From positions 1-37,278 of the forward strand of contig JAZRLJ010000002.1 in assembly GCA_045646755.1 (NCBI GenBank): a DNA stretch of 37,278 nt. The letters run 5' to 3'. Position 1 is the first letter of the stretch. Every line of letters starts with the position of its first letter. Of this stretch, positions 19,401 to 26,717 are shown piece by piece. The notes beneath the pieces were generated by a model, which saw only the letters and a program-made list of their open reading frames with translations, had not been told where the DNA came from and did no database searches. A program made the position numbers and the translations under genes. Origin of the DNA: Eubacteriales bacterium (GTDB lineage: Bacteria > Bacillota > Clostridia > Oscillospirales > CAG-272).

Positions 19401-20010
19401 AGAAGAGTACGTTGAGGTAAAAGCAAGATATGACGGTCTGAACGAGCAGTATAGCGACCTTACGAATTCTTACGATGAGCTTGTCGGAATAATAGACAGA
19501 CTTGAAAACGAAATGCGTACAAGCTTTATAACTGCGTTTGAGGCTATTAACCATAATTTCGGCATAACCTTCAAGGAGCTCTTTGGCGGAGGTAACGCAG
19601 AGCTTTCTATGACCGATCCCGAGGACGTTCTCACCTCCGGTATAGAAATTAAGGCGGCTCCTCCCGGAAAAATCATTAAAAACCTGGCACTTCTTTCATG
19701 TGGAGAGCAGTCGTTTGTCGCTATTGCGCTTCTTTTCGCAATTCTTAAGGTTAACCCCACTCCGTTCTGTATCCTCGACGAGATTGAGGCAGCGCTGGAC
19801 GAGGTTAACGTATTCAGATTTGGTGAATATATTAAGCGCTTTGACGACGGAACGCAGTTTATACTTATCACCCACCGTAGAGGTACTATGGAAATCGGTG
19901 ATAGACTTTACGGAGTTACTATGCCTCAGAGAGGTATATCTCAGGCTATAGAACTCAACGTAAATGAAATAGAAGGAAAACAAAAGGAGCTTTTAGATGG
20001 GGTTCTTTGA
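16399..20010 (+). CDS. smc: Chromosome partition protein SMC
   Basis: 1203 aa. Walker A GPNGSGKSN, long coiled coils, hinge (LDGQLIGVGGAFTGGS), Walker B FCILDEIEAALD, H-loop LITHRRGTM. The signature motif reads LSCGEQ instead of LSGGE (see findings). Confidence 0.95.
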   Translation: MYLKSLELHGFKSFPNRTVLTFERGATVIVGPNGSGKSNISDAMRWVLGELSSRNIRGTKMEDVIFGGTDERRPMGFAEVSVTFDNTDPENRLDSEYDEVVVTRRYFRTGESEYLINRQPKRLRDIYELFMNTGVGREGYSIIGQGKIAEIISKKSDERRSIFEEAAGISKYRHRKEETERKLKSVQDNLDRVKDILSELENRVVPLEKEAEKAKKGLAIYEEKKRADVSLWLFDTEKVRVDIEEADKALALATHELEIIDQILDDLRTQENNLYEKAQSNRLHSSELSDRIIAANQKLSMLETALRTADSEFAHSAELIEQCCLRISEIENSITSLKIQKSEYVDKRTVKEDELKKLMDARLLLLSEQQSLLDKVSELQSALTEALDELTVEEGNSNNLLVRIGVLKNSMDNDSTRSVDIESEIRRYEELSSALKEEAILAEKNAEQFKIKINEKDAVIAEFSDKISAFEEEKKEINEKLNVLKLERDTAQNRADLLQRMNDLFEGYPESTKFVMREYKAGSITGGKIHGPLSALINVEKQYITAIETALGSSLQNIVVDNEEVAKSAMYALKKANAGRSTFYPISAIRAYSETDEIRDAKAFAGYVGRADTLVQSENQYRAIIEWLLLRTVVFDNIDNATVAAKKLRYKVKIVTLDGQLIGVGGAFTGGSTKRDSGILSRLTEISTLKETAAEYTRKIKSAESTLAKISDNFQDAEAILRDAEQEKELLISLSRSQFASLDGANAKFEANNNILEKLREDYKNLVGKQSEAGEEIKKLEAELVASEERISALKSFRTKKDEEKGILDEKSDELGSKAADAYISITEVRKDIEGIQQMIDNYDLRIEEQEKDKEAQNTRISDITSKRDNIDNIKAENKAEHDALRVEIEKLVNERRETEAGGDEFERELMKIRKLRDEKSNSRDAVREAQLKNENRCDALREKQDKLGHQLLDEYEINYEDAVSLGYPEVTEENREEVAALQVSCRNRLRALGGYNPSAIEEYVEVKARYDGLNEQYSDLTNSYDELVGIIDRLENEMRTSFITAFEAINHNFGITFKELFGGGNAELSMTDPEDVLTSGIEIKAAPPGKIIKNLALLSCGEQSFVAIALLFAILKVNPTPFCILDEIEAALDEVNVFRFGEYIKRFDDGTQFILITHRRGTMEIGDRLYGVTMPQRGISQAIELNVNEIEGKQKELLDGVL

Positions 20011-20908
20011 TAAATTAAAAAAAGGACTTAGTAAAACCAAGTCGGCTATCGTAGAAAAAATTGATAATATTGTCAAAAGCTTTCGAAAGGTAGACGAGGA
20101 GCTTTTTGAGGAACTGGAGGAAGCTTTAATATCTGCGGATATTGGAGTATATACCACAGAGGAAATCCTTGATCAGCTCAGAGAGATTGTTATTGATCAG
20201 AACATCAAGGATTCAAGCGAGGTTAAAAACGAGCTCTTTAAAATACTCAGAGCTATGGTTGGAGAGCATGAGCCTCTTAGACTTGATACCAAGCCTTCCG
20301 TAATTCTTGTAATCGGAGTCAATGGCGTTGGCAAGACTACGTCTATCGGTAAAATATCTGCAGAACTTAAATCACAGGGCAAGAAGGTAGTTGTGGCCGC
20401 AGCGGACACTTTCCGCGCGGCAGCTGCCGAGCAGCTCACCGTTTGGTGCGAAAGGGCAGGTGTTGATATAGTAAAGCAGAGCGCGGGAGCAGATCCTGCG
20501 GCTGTTGTATTTGATGCTATCAATGCCGTAAAGAGCCGCGGAGCTGACGTTCTTATTATTGATACCGCAGGAAGACTTCATAATAAGAAAAATCTTATGG
20601 ACGAGCTGGCAAAAATAGACAGAGTTATTAACCGCGAGCTTCCGCAAGCATCCAAGGAGACGCTTCTTGTTCTTGATGCAACAACCGGTCAAAATGCAGT
20701 TCTTCAGGCTAAAGAATTTAAGGGAGCATCGAATATAACAGGTCTTATTCTTACTAAGCTTGATGGAACGGCAAAGGGTGGAATAATCCTTTCAATAAAA
20801 AAAGAGCTTGGAATTCCGGTTAAGTTTATTGGAGTAGGCGAGAAAATTGACGATATGAAGCCGTTTTCGGCAGAGGAGTTTGCCGGAGCGCTATTTGAGG
20901 TAGAGTAA
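19997..20908 (+). CDS. ftsY: Signal recognition particle receptor FtsY (short form)
   Basis: [31 protein letters not shown]. 303 aa. 14-nt overlap with the smc end. Confidence 0.95.
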   Translation: MGFFDKLKKGLSKTKSAIVEKIDNIVKSFRKVDEELFEELEEALISADIGVYTTEEILDQLREIVIDQNIKDSSEVKNELFKILRAMVGEHEPLRLDTKPSVILVIGVNGVGKTTSIGKISAELKSQGKKVVVAAADTFRAAAAEQLTVWCERAGVDIVKQSAGADPAAVVFDAINAVKSRGADVLIIDTAGRLHNKKNLMDELAKIDRVINRELPQASKETLLVLDATTGQNAVLQAKEFKGASNITGLILTKLDGTAKGGIILSIKKELGIPVKFIGVGEKIDDMKPFSAEEFAGALFEVE

Positions 20909-20909
20909 T

Positions 20910-21200
20910 ATGATTACCAGTAAGCAGAGAGCATATCTTCGCTCACTTTCCACAGATCTTGATACTATTTTTCAGATAGGAAAGGGTGGAATAAGTGAGG
21001 AAATGTGCACTCAGATAAATAATGCGCTTGAAGCACGTGAGCTTATCAAGGGAAGGGTTCTTGATAATAGCGGATATAGCGCAAAAGAGGCTGCGGCTGA
21101 AATCTCAGAGGCAATAGGCTGCGAGGTTGTGGCATGCGTTGGCTCTAAATTCGTTCTTTACAAAGAATCCGAAAAAAAGAAGAGGATAGTTCTTCCATGA
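20910..21200 (+). CDS. yhbY: RNA-binding ribosome assembly protein YhbY (CRM domain)
   Basis: ITSKQRAYLRSLSTDLDTIFQIGKGGISEEM...ELIKGRVL is the YhbY/YqeI pattern. 96 aa, upstream of nadD. Confidence 0.85.
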   Translation: MITSKQRAYLRSLSTDLDTIFQIGKGGISEEMCTQINNALEARELIKGRVLDNSGYSAKEAAAEISEAIGCEVVACVGSKFVLYKESEKKKRIVLP

Positions 21201-21802
21201 CGGAGAAAATTGCAATATATGGCGGCACCTTCAATCCTCCGCATATAGCTCATATCCGGGCGTGTAAGGCATTTTATGAAAAGATAAAGCCTGACAAGCT
21301 TTTGGTTATTCCGGATTTTTTACCTCCTCATAAAGACGTTTCCGATGGGGTTACCTCTGAAGACAGACTTGAAATGACAAGACTTGCTTTTGAGGATATG
21401 CCAAACGCTGAGGTTTCCGATATGGAAATAAAAAGAGGTGGCAGGAGTTACACCGCCATAACTCTTTCAGAACTGAAAACAGACGAAAACAAGCTTTATT
21501 TTCTTTGTGGTACTGATATGTTTCTTTCACTTGAATCATGGTACCGTCCCGATATGATATTTTCTCTTGCGACAATCTGCTACGTCAGAAGAGAGAGCGA
21601 AATAGAAAACGATAAAAGGCTTGCTGATGCAGAACGCCTTTACAGAGAAAAATATAACGCTGATATTATTCCGATAGTTATTGAAGCTTTAGAGCTTTCA
21701 TCTAGCGAGATAAGAGAAAAAATAAAGCAAAAGTCTGACGTTTTGGATTTTATTCCAAAAAATGTAAACAATTATATACAAAACAGAGGTATTTACAGAT
21801 GA
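21197..21802 (+). CDS. nadD: Nicotinate-nucleotide adenylyltransferase
   Basis: GGTFNPPHIAH (the (H/T)xGH motif) and SSSEIREK near the C-terminus. ATGA overlaps on both sides. Confidence 0.9.
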   Translation: MTEKIAIYGGTFNPPHIAHIRACKAFYEKIKPDKLLVIPDFLPPHKDVSDGVTSEDRLEMTRLAFEDMPNAEVSDMEIKRGGRSYTAITLSELKTDENKLYFLCGTDMFLSLESWYRPDMIFSLATICYVRRESEIENDKRLADAERLYREKYNADIIPIVIEALELSSSEIREKIKQKSDVLDFIPKNVNNYIQNRGIYR

Positions 21803-22416
21803 TTACCGAACAAATGCTTCTGAATTTGAGAGAAAGAATATCAAAAATTCTTTCTGCAAAACGTTTTAACCATACACTTGGAGTTGAAAGGGCGGCTAAA
21901 TTTCTTGCGAGAAAATGCTTACCGCAAAGGGTTATGGAGGCGCGCGCGGCAGCTCTTTTGCATGATATTACAAAGGAACTTTCGCTCGAAGAACATCTTG
22001 ATATAATTTGTAGGAAAGGTATTTCTCTTACAGATGAGGAAAAAGAGATTCCTGCGCTTTTGCACGCAATTACTGCAACGGTGGTTATAGAAGAAGATTT
22101 CCCGGAATTTGCAACGGAAGAGATTTTATCCGCGGTTGCTAAGCATACCACGGGGGATGCTGATATGACAATTCTGGACAAGATAGTTTTTCTTGCGGAT
22201 TTTATAGAGGACTCCCGCATTTACCCCACTTCGCTAAAAACAGCAAGGTTTGTTGCGGAGTCTATGAAAACTCAGAATATTGAGTCAAATCTTTTAGCGC
22301 TTGACCGCGCTTGCATTATGGAAATTGACTCTACAATCTCCCATCTTGAGCGTTTTGGAAAAAAGATAAATGCTAAGACTGTTTTGGCAAGAGCTGCGTT
22401 GATTTCTAATATCTGA
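21799..22416 (+). CDS. yqeK: HD-domain bis(5'-nucleosyl)-tetraphosphatase YqeK
   Basis: RFNHTLGVERAA and LLHDITKE (HD motif). The nadD-yqeK synteny is conserved in Firmicutes. Confidence 0.85.
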   Translation: MITEQMLLNLRERISKILSAKRFNHTLGVERAAKFLARKCLPQRVMEARAAALLHDITKELSLEEHLDIICRKGISLTDEEKEIPALLHAITATVVIEEDFPEFATEEILSAVAKHTTGDADMTILDKIVFLADFIEDSRIYPTSLKTARFVAESMKTQNIESNLLALDRACIMEIDSTISHLERFGKKINAKTVLARAALISNI

Positions 22417-22467
22417 CTTATATAAATACTTCATCTTTGCAGAAGATAACAGAAAAGGATTTTGCAA

Positions 22468-23349
22468 ATGAAGTTTCTTATAAAACTGATTTCTCTTTCG
22501 TTTCTTGTCTGTTCTGCTCTGTATGTCTTTTCCGGTGTTGCGAGCGCTACGGACAGAGACGGAAAATCTCTTAACTATTTGGTTGTCGGATTTGATTCAT
22601 CGCCCGCAAATACTGACGTTTTATGTCTTGCATCTTATGATTGCGCGGCAAATACTGTCAGAGGTGTCCAGATTCCAAGAGATACTGTTATAAAGCACGG
22701 TGACGGTTATCTAAAAATCAATGCCTACTATTCCCAAAAGATTTCAGAGGGCGCAACTCATCAATCCGCGCTTAGTTCTTTAAGCGATAAGATTGCAGAG
22801 CTTGTTGGCGTTGAAATTGACGGATATATCTCTATTACTCAGGACGGACTTGCCAGTCTGGTGGATTTTATGGGTGGCGTTTACGTTAATGAGAATGATA
22901 TACCTAGGGAGATTGTCGATAGCTTTGAAGCAAAGGACGGCAAGGTCTTCCTTGACGGAGATGATGCTGTGGCCTTTGTTCGTTACAGAAAAGAATATAC
23001 CCGCGGAGATATTGACAGACTTGATGCGCAGAAGGTTTTTATTAAGTCACTTTTGAGGCGAATAGGCGAGAGAAGGGATTTGTTTTCAATTCTCCGGTTT
23101 GCATCTGAAAATGATGGAATTTCATTTCAAGCAAATAAAGGGCGCTCGTTTTCAATTTTGCTTGAGAACGTCTTCAGAATAAACGATGCCGATTTGCAGA
23201 TAGCGACCTTGCCGGGTGAAGCCAAAAAGTATAATGGAGTTTGGTATTATCTTGTAAACCGTGAGAAATCAATAGCTCTGGTCAGCGGATATTTTCCTCA
23301 TTTGCGAAATGATTTTGATAGAAAAAGGGATTTTATTTATAATTTTTGA
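22468..23349 (+). CDS. LytR-CpsA-Psr (LCP) family protein, membrane anchored
   Basis: N-terminal TM anchor, then NYLVVGFDSSPANTDVLCLASYD...VQIPRDT...DGDDAVAFVRYRK...GDIDRLDAQKVFIKSL, which is the LCP pattern. ATG 22468 sits 8 nt after AAAGGA. The track start at 22462 is a TTG. Confidence 0.8.
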   Translation: MKFLIKLISLSFLVCSALYVFSGVASATDRDGKSLNYLVVGFDSSPANTDVLCLASYDCAANTVRGVQIPRDTVIKHGDGYLKINAYYSQKISEGATHQSALSSLSDKIAELVGVEIDGYISITQDGLASLVDFMGGVYVNENDIPREIVDSFEAKDGKVFLDGDDAVAFVRYRKEYTRGDIDRLDAQKVFIKSLLRRIGERRDLFSILRFASENDGISFQANKGRSFSILLENVFRINDADLQIATLPGEAKKYNGVWYYLVNREKSIALVSGYFPHLRNDFDRKRDFIYNF

Positions 23350-23395
23350 TTGACAATTTTATTTTTACCTTGATTGTTCTGGAGAAAGGATTTAT

Positions 23396-23821
23396 ATGGA
23401 AGAAATAAGAAATGACACCTTAAAGAAAGCTTCTTCTAAGGAGCTTGCCAGCGCTATAGTGGCAATATTGCTTGAGAAAAAAGCACTGGACGTAAGAATG
23501 TACGAGGTGACGGAAAAGAGTCCTATAACCGATTATTACGTCAATGCAACAGGACGCTCGTCAACGCAAGTATCCTCTCTTGCGGATGAGATTGCGTATA
23601 AGATAGGACTTTGCGGCAGAGATGCGGCAAGAATAGAGGGAAAAAGAGGAAACGCTTGGATTCTTGTGGATTACTGTGACGTTATAGTTAATGTCTTTGA
23701 TAGAGAATCCAGAGACTTTTATAATTTTGACAGACTCCTTCCTGCTGATTCGGAGTGTGATATTTCGGATATAGTGGCAGAGGTCGACAGAAAACTTGAT
23801 ATTAATAACCGTGAGGTCTAA
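23396..23821 (+). CDS. rsfS: Ribosome silencing factor RsfS (iojap/YqeL)
   Basis: ALDVRMYEV...ITDYYVNATGRSSTQV...GNAWILVDYCDVIVNVFDRESRDFYNFDRL is the RsfS pattern. Confidence 0.9.
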   Translation: MEEIRNDTLKKASSKELASAIVAILLEKKALDVRMYEVTEKSPITDYYVNATGRSSTQVSSLADEIAYKIGLCGRDAARIEGKRGNAWILVDYCDVIVNVFDRESRDFYNFDRLLPADSECDISDIVAEVDRKLDINNREV

Positions 23822-23825
23822 ATAA

Positions 23826-26228
23826 ATGAATTACGATTACAAGTCAATTGAAGCAAAATGGCAAAAAAAGTGGGACGAGGAAAATGCTTTTGAAGCAAAG
23901 CAGGATTTCACCCTTCCCAAGTACTACGCTCTCGTAGAGTTTCCTTATCCCTCGGGACAGGGATTGCACGTAGGACATCCCCGTCCTTACACAGCTCTCG
24001 ATATAGTTTCGAGAAAGAAGAGAATGCAGGGATATAACGTTCTTTTCCCTATGGGTTGGGACGCATTCGGTCTTCCTACCGAAAACTATGCGATAAAGAA
24101 CAAGATACACCCTAAAATCGTTACCGAGAAGAACGTTGCAAGATTTAAGAGTCAGCTTAAGGCTCTCGGTCTTTCGTTTGACTGGTCAAGAGAAATCAAT
24201 ACCACTGATCCTAACTATTATAAGTGGACTCAGTGGATTTTCCTCAAGCTCTTCGAAAAAGGACTTGCTTATAAGAAGGAAATGGCAGTTAACTTCTGCA
24301 CATCTTGTAAAGTAGTTCTTGCTAACGAGGAGGTTGTTAACGGAGTTTGCGAAAGATGCGCTTCTCCTGTTATAAGAAAGGTAAAAAGTCAGTGGATGCT
24401 CAAAATTACCGAGTACGCAGACAGACTTATATCCGATCTTGACGGTCTTGACTACATAGAGAGAGTTAAGACTCAGCAGATAAACTGGATAGGAAAATCT
24501 TACGGTGCTGAGATAGATTTCAAGACTACTACAGGCGATACTCTCAGAGTATATACTACCAGATGCGATACACTTTTCGGAGCAACCTACATGGTTATCG
24601 CTCCCGAGCACGCAATGGTGGATAAGTGGAAGTCATTGATTGAGAATTATTCGGATGTCGAAGCATATAAGGCAGAGGCAGCAAAGAAATCCGACTTTGA
24701 AAGAACTGAGCTTGTAAAGGATAAGACCGGAGTAGAAATCAAGGGCGTCAGAGCTATAAACCCCGCTACCGGCAAGGAAATTCCGATATTTATCTCGGAT
24801 TACGTTCTTGCAGGATACGGAACGGGCGCTATTATGGCAGTTCCTGCACACGATGATCGTGACTGGGATTTTGCAAAGAAATTTGGTCTTCCTATCATAG
24901 AGGTTGTTGCAGGCGGTGATGTTCAAAATGAGGCGTTTACCAACGTCGAAACTGGAAAGCTTGTTAATTCCGGATTCCTTAACGGTCTTGATGTTGCTGA
25001 TGCAAAGGTTAAGATGGTAGAATTCCTTAAGAAAAATGGCATAGGCGAGGAAAAGGTTAACTTTAAGCTTCGTGACTGGGTATTCTCCCGTCAGAGATAC
25101 TGGGGCGAGCCCATTCCTCTTGTAAACTGTGAAAAGTGCGGTTGGGTTGCTGTTCCCGAAAGCGCGCTTCCCGTAGAGCTTCCCGAGGTTGATTCCTATG
25201 AGCCTACGGAAACGGGAGAATCTCCTCTTTCACTTATGACCGACTGGGTTAACTGCACTTGTCCTAAGTGTGGCGGAAAGGCTCAGAGAGAGACCGATAC
25301 CATGCCTCAGTGGGCGGGCTCGTCTTGGTATTTCCTCAGATATTGCGATCCTCATAATAGTGAGGCTCTTGCTTCACCCGAGGCTCTTAAGTACTGGATG
25401 TCGGTAGATTGGTACAATGGTGGAATGGAGCATACTACTCTTCACCTTCTTTATTCTCGTTTCTGGTCTAAGTTCCTCTTTGATATCGACGTTGTTCCGA
25501 ACAAGGAGCCTTACCTTAAGAGAACTAGCCACGGTATGATTCTCGGTGAGAACGGTGAGAAAATGTCTAAGTCTCGCGGAAACGTTGTAAACCCCGACGA
25601 TATTATCCGTGATTACGGTGCAGATACAATGCGCCTTTATGAGATGTTTATAGGCGACTTTGAGCAGGCGGCTCCCTGGAATACTCAGTCTATAAAGGGC
25701 TGTAAGAGATTCCTTGAGAGATTTTTCTCACTCGTTGATATTGCTGAGGGCGAGGGTGCGACACCCGCTCTTGAAAAGCATATTCACAAGCTTATCAAGA
25801 AGGTAACCTCTGATATTGACGCTATGAAGTTTAATACTGCTATAGCGGCTATGATGGGTACAATCAACACCATTTACGATATTGGCAAGATTACCAAGGA
25901 AGAGCTTTCCGTACTTGCAAAGCTTCTTTCACCCTTTGCACCTCATCTTGCTGAGGAAATATGGTCTCGACTTGGTCGCGAGGGACTTGTTTCACTTGCA
26001 AAGTGGCCCGAATACGATGAGGCAAAGACTGTTGACGATACCGTAGAGATGCCTGTACAGATAAACGGTAAGGTTCGTTCGGTAATTATGGTTCCCAAGG
26101 ATGCAGATAAGGATGCTGTTATAGCTATCGCTAAGGCTGACGAAAAGGTAAATGCCGCAATAGCAGGTCTTAATGTAATCAAAGAAATCGTAGTTCCCGG
26201 AAAGATAGTAAACATAGTCGTAAAATAA
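23826..26228 (+). CDS. leuS: Leucine--tRNA ligase
   Basis: HIGH-type motif [16 protein letters not shown] motif [10 protein letters not shown]1 editing insertion. 800 aa. Starts 4 nt after rsfS, so there is no room for a T-box leader. Confidence 0.95.
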   Translation: MNYDYKSIEAKWQKKWDEENAFEAKQDFTLPKYYALVEFPYPSGQGLHVGHPRPYTALDIVSRKKRMQGYNVLFPMGWDAFGLPTENYAIKNKIHPKIVTEKNVARFKSQLKALGLSFDWSREINTTDPNYYKWTQWIFLKLFEKGLAYKKEMAVNFCTSCKVVLANEEVVNGVCERCASPVIRKVKSQWMLKITEYADRLISDLDGLDYIERVKTQQINWIGKSYGAEIDFKTTTGDTLRVYTTRCDTLFGATYMVIAPEHAMVDKWKSLIENYSDVEAYKAEAAKKSDFERTELVKDKTGVEIKGVRAINPATGKEIPIFISDYVLAGYGTGAIMAVPAHDDRDWDFAKKFGLPIIEVVAGGDVQNEAFTNVETGKLVNSGFLNGLDVADAKVKMVEFLKKNGIGEEKVNFKLRDWVFSRQRYWGEPIPLVNCEKCGWVAVPESALPVELPEVDSYEPTETGESPLSLMTDWVNCTCPKCGGKAQRETDTMPQWAGSSWYFLRYCDPHNSEALASPEALKYWMSVDWYNGGMEHTTLHLLYSRFWSKFLFDIDVVPNKEPYLKRTSHGMILGENGEKMSKSRGNVVNPDDIIRDYGADTMRLYEMFIGDFEQAAPWNTQSIKGCKRFLERFFSLVDIAEGEGATPALEKHIHKLIKKVTSDIDAMKFNTAIAAMMGTINTIYDIGKITKEELSVLAKLLSPFAPHLAEEIWSRLGREGLVSLAKWPEYDEAKTVDDTVEMPVQINGKVRSVIMVPKDADKDAVIAIAKADEKVNAAIAGLNVIKEIVVPGKIVNIVVK

Positions 26229-26235
26229 TTCTAAA

Positions 26236-26279
26236 CAAAAAACAAGCTCGTTTCGTAACAGAAACGAGCTTGTTTTTTA
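26236..26279. terminator. Bidirectional intrinsic terminator between convergent leuS and the ACT-domain gene
   Basis: Perfect 13-bp stem ACAAGCTCGTTTC (26242..26254) / GAAACGAGCTTGT (26261..26273), flanked by an A-run on the left and a T-run on the right. It overlaps the stop codon of the minus-strand gene. Confidence 0.8.
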
Positions 26280-26717
26280 TTCAACAGCGATAAGCTTAGT
26301 TCCGCTTACGCCGTTTATAGAATTCATTTCTTTTATCAGAGGCACCAAATCTATCTTTAACTTTGAAACGTCAAGCGTTACGACGACGTGAGCCTTTGAA
26401 TTTATGGGAAGGTTTTGCGTAATTGTAAGAATATTTGCGCCGTTTTCCGATAGAAGAACGAGCACCTCACTGAGAATTCCGGGTTTGTGTGCAAGTGTGA
26501 ATGAGACGATAGCCTTTCTTCCGTCTACGTCGGAATTCGTAGCAAAAATAAAATCCTTATACTTATAATAAGTGCTTCTCGAAATTCCGACCTCTTTTGC
26601 AGCCTCGGAAACATCTTTTACCTTTCCGGATGTTAGAAGCGAACGTGCTTCAATTACCTTTTCGTAATAGGAGGGAAGAATTTGTTTATCAACCAACAGA
26701 TATTTTCCGTTAATCAT
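26277..26717 (-). CDS. UPF0735 (PheB-like) protein: N-terminal HTH-like segment plus C-terminal ACT domain
   Basis: MINGKYLLVDKQILPSYYEKVIEARSLL...VSEAAKEVGISRSTYYKYKD, followed by an ACT fold (AIVSFTLAHKPGILSEVLVLLSENGANILTITQ). It is colinear with B. subtilis PheB as I remember it. I chose ATG 26717 because it is preceded by AAGGAG and AAGGAA, and the upstream ATGs lack an SD. It overlaps the thrC-thrB stop by 8 nt. Confidence 0.8.
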   Translation of the reverse strand: MINGKYLLVDKQILPSYYEKVIEARSLLTSGKVKDVSEAAKEVGISRSTYYKYKDFIFATNSDVDGRKAIVSFTLAHKPGILSEVLVLLSENGANILTITQNLPINSKAHVVVTLDVSKLKIDLVPLIKEMNSINGVSGTKLIAVE

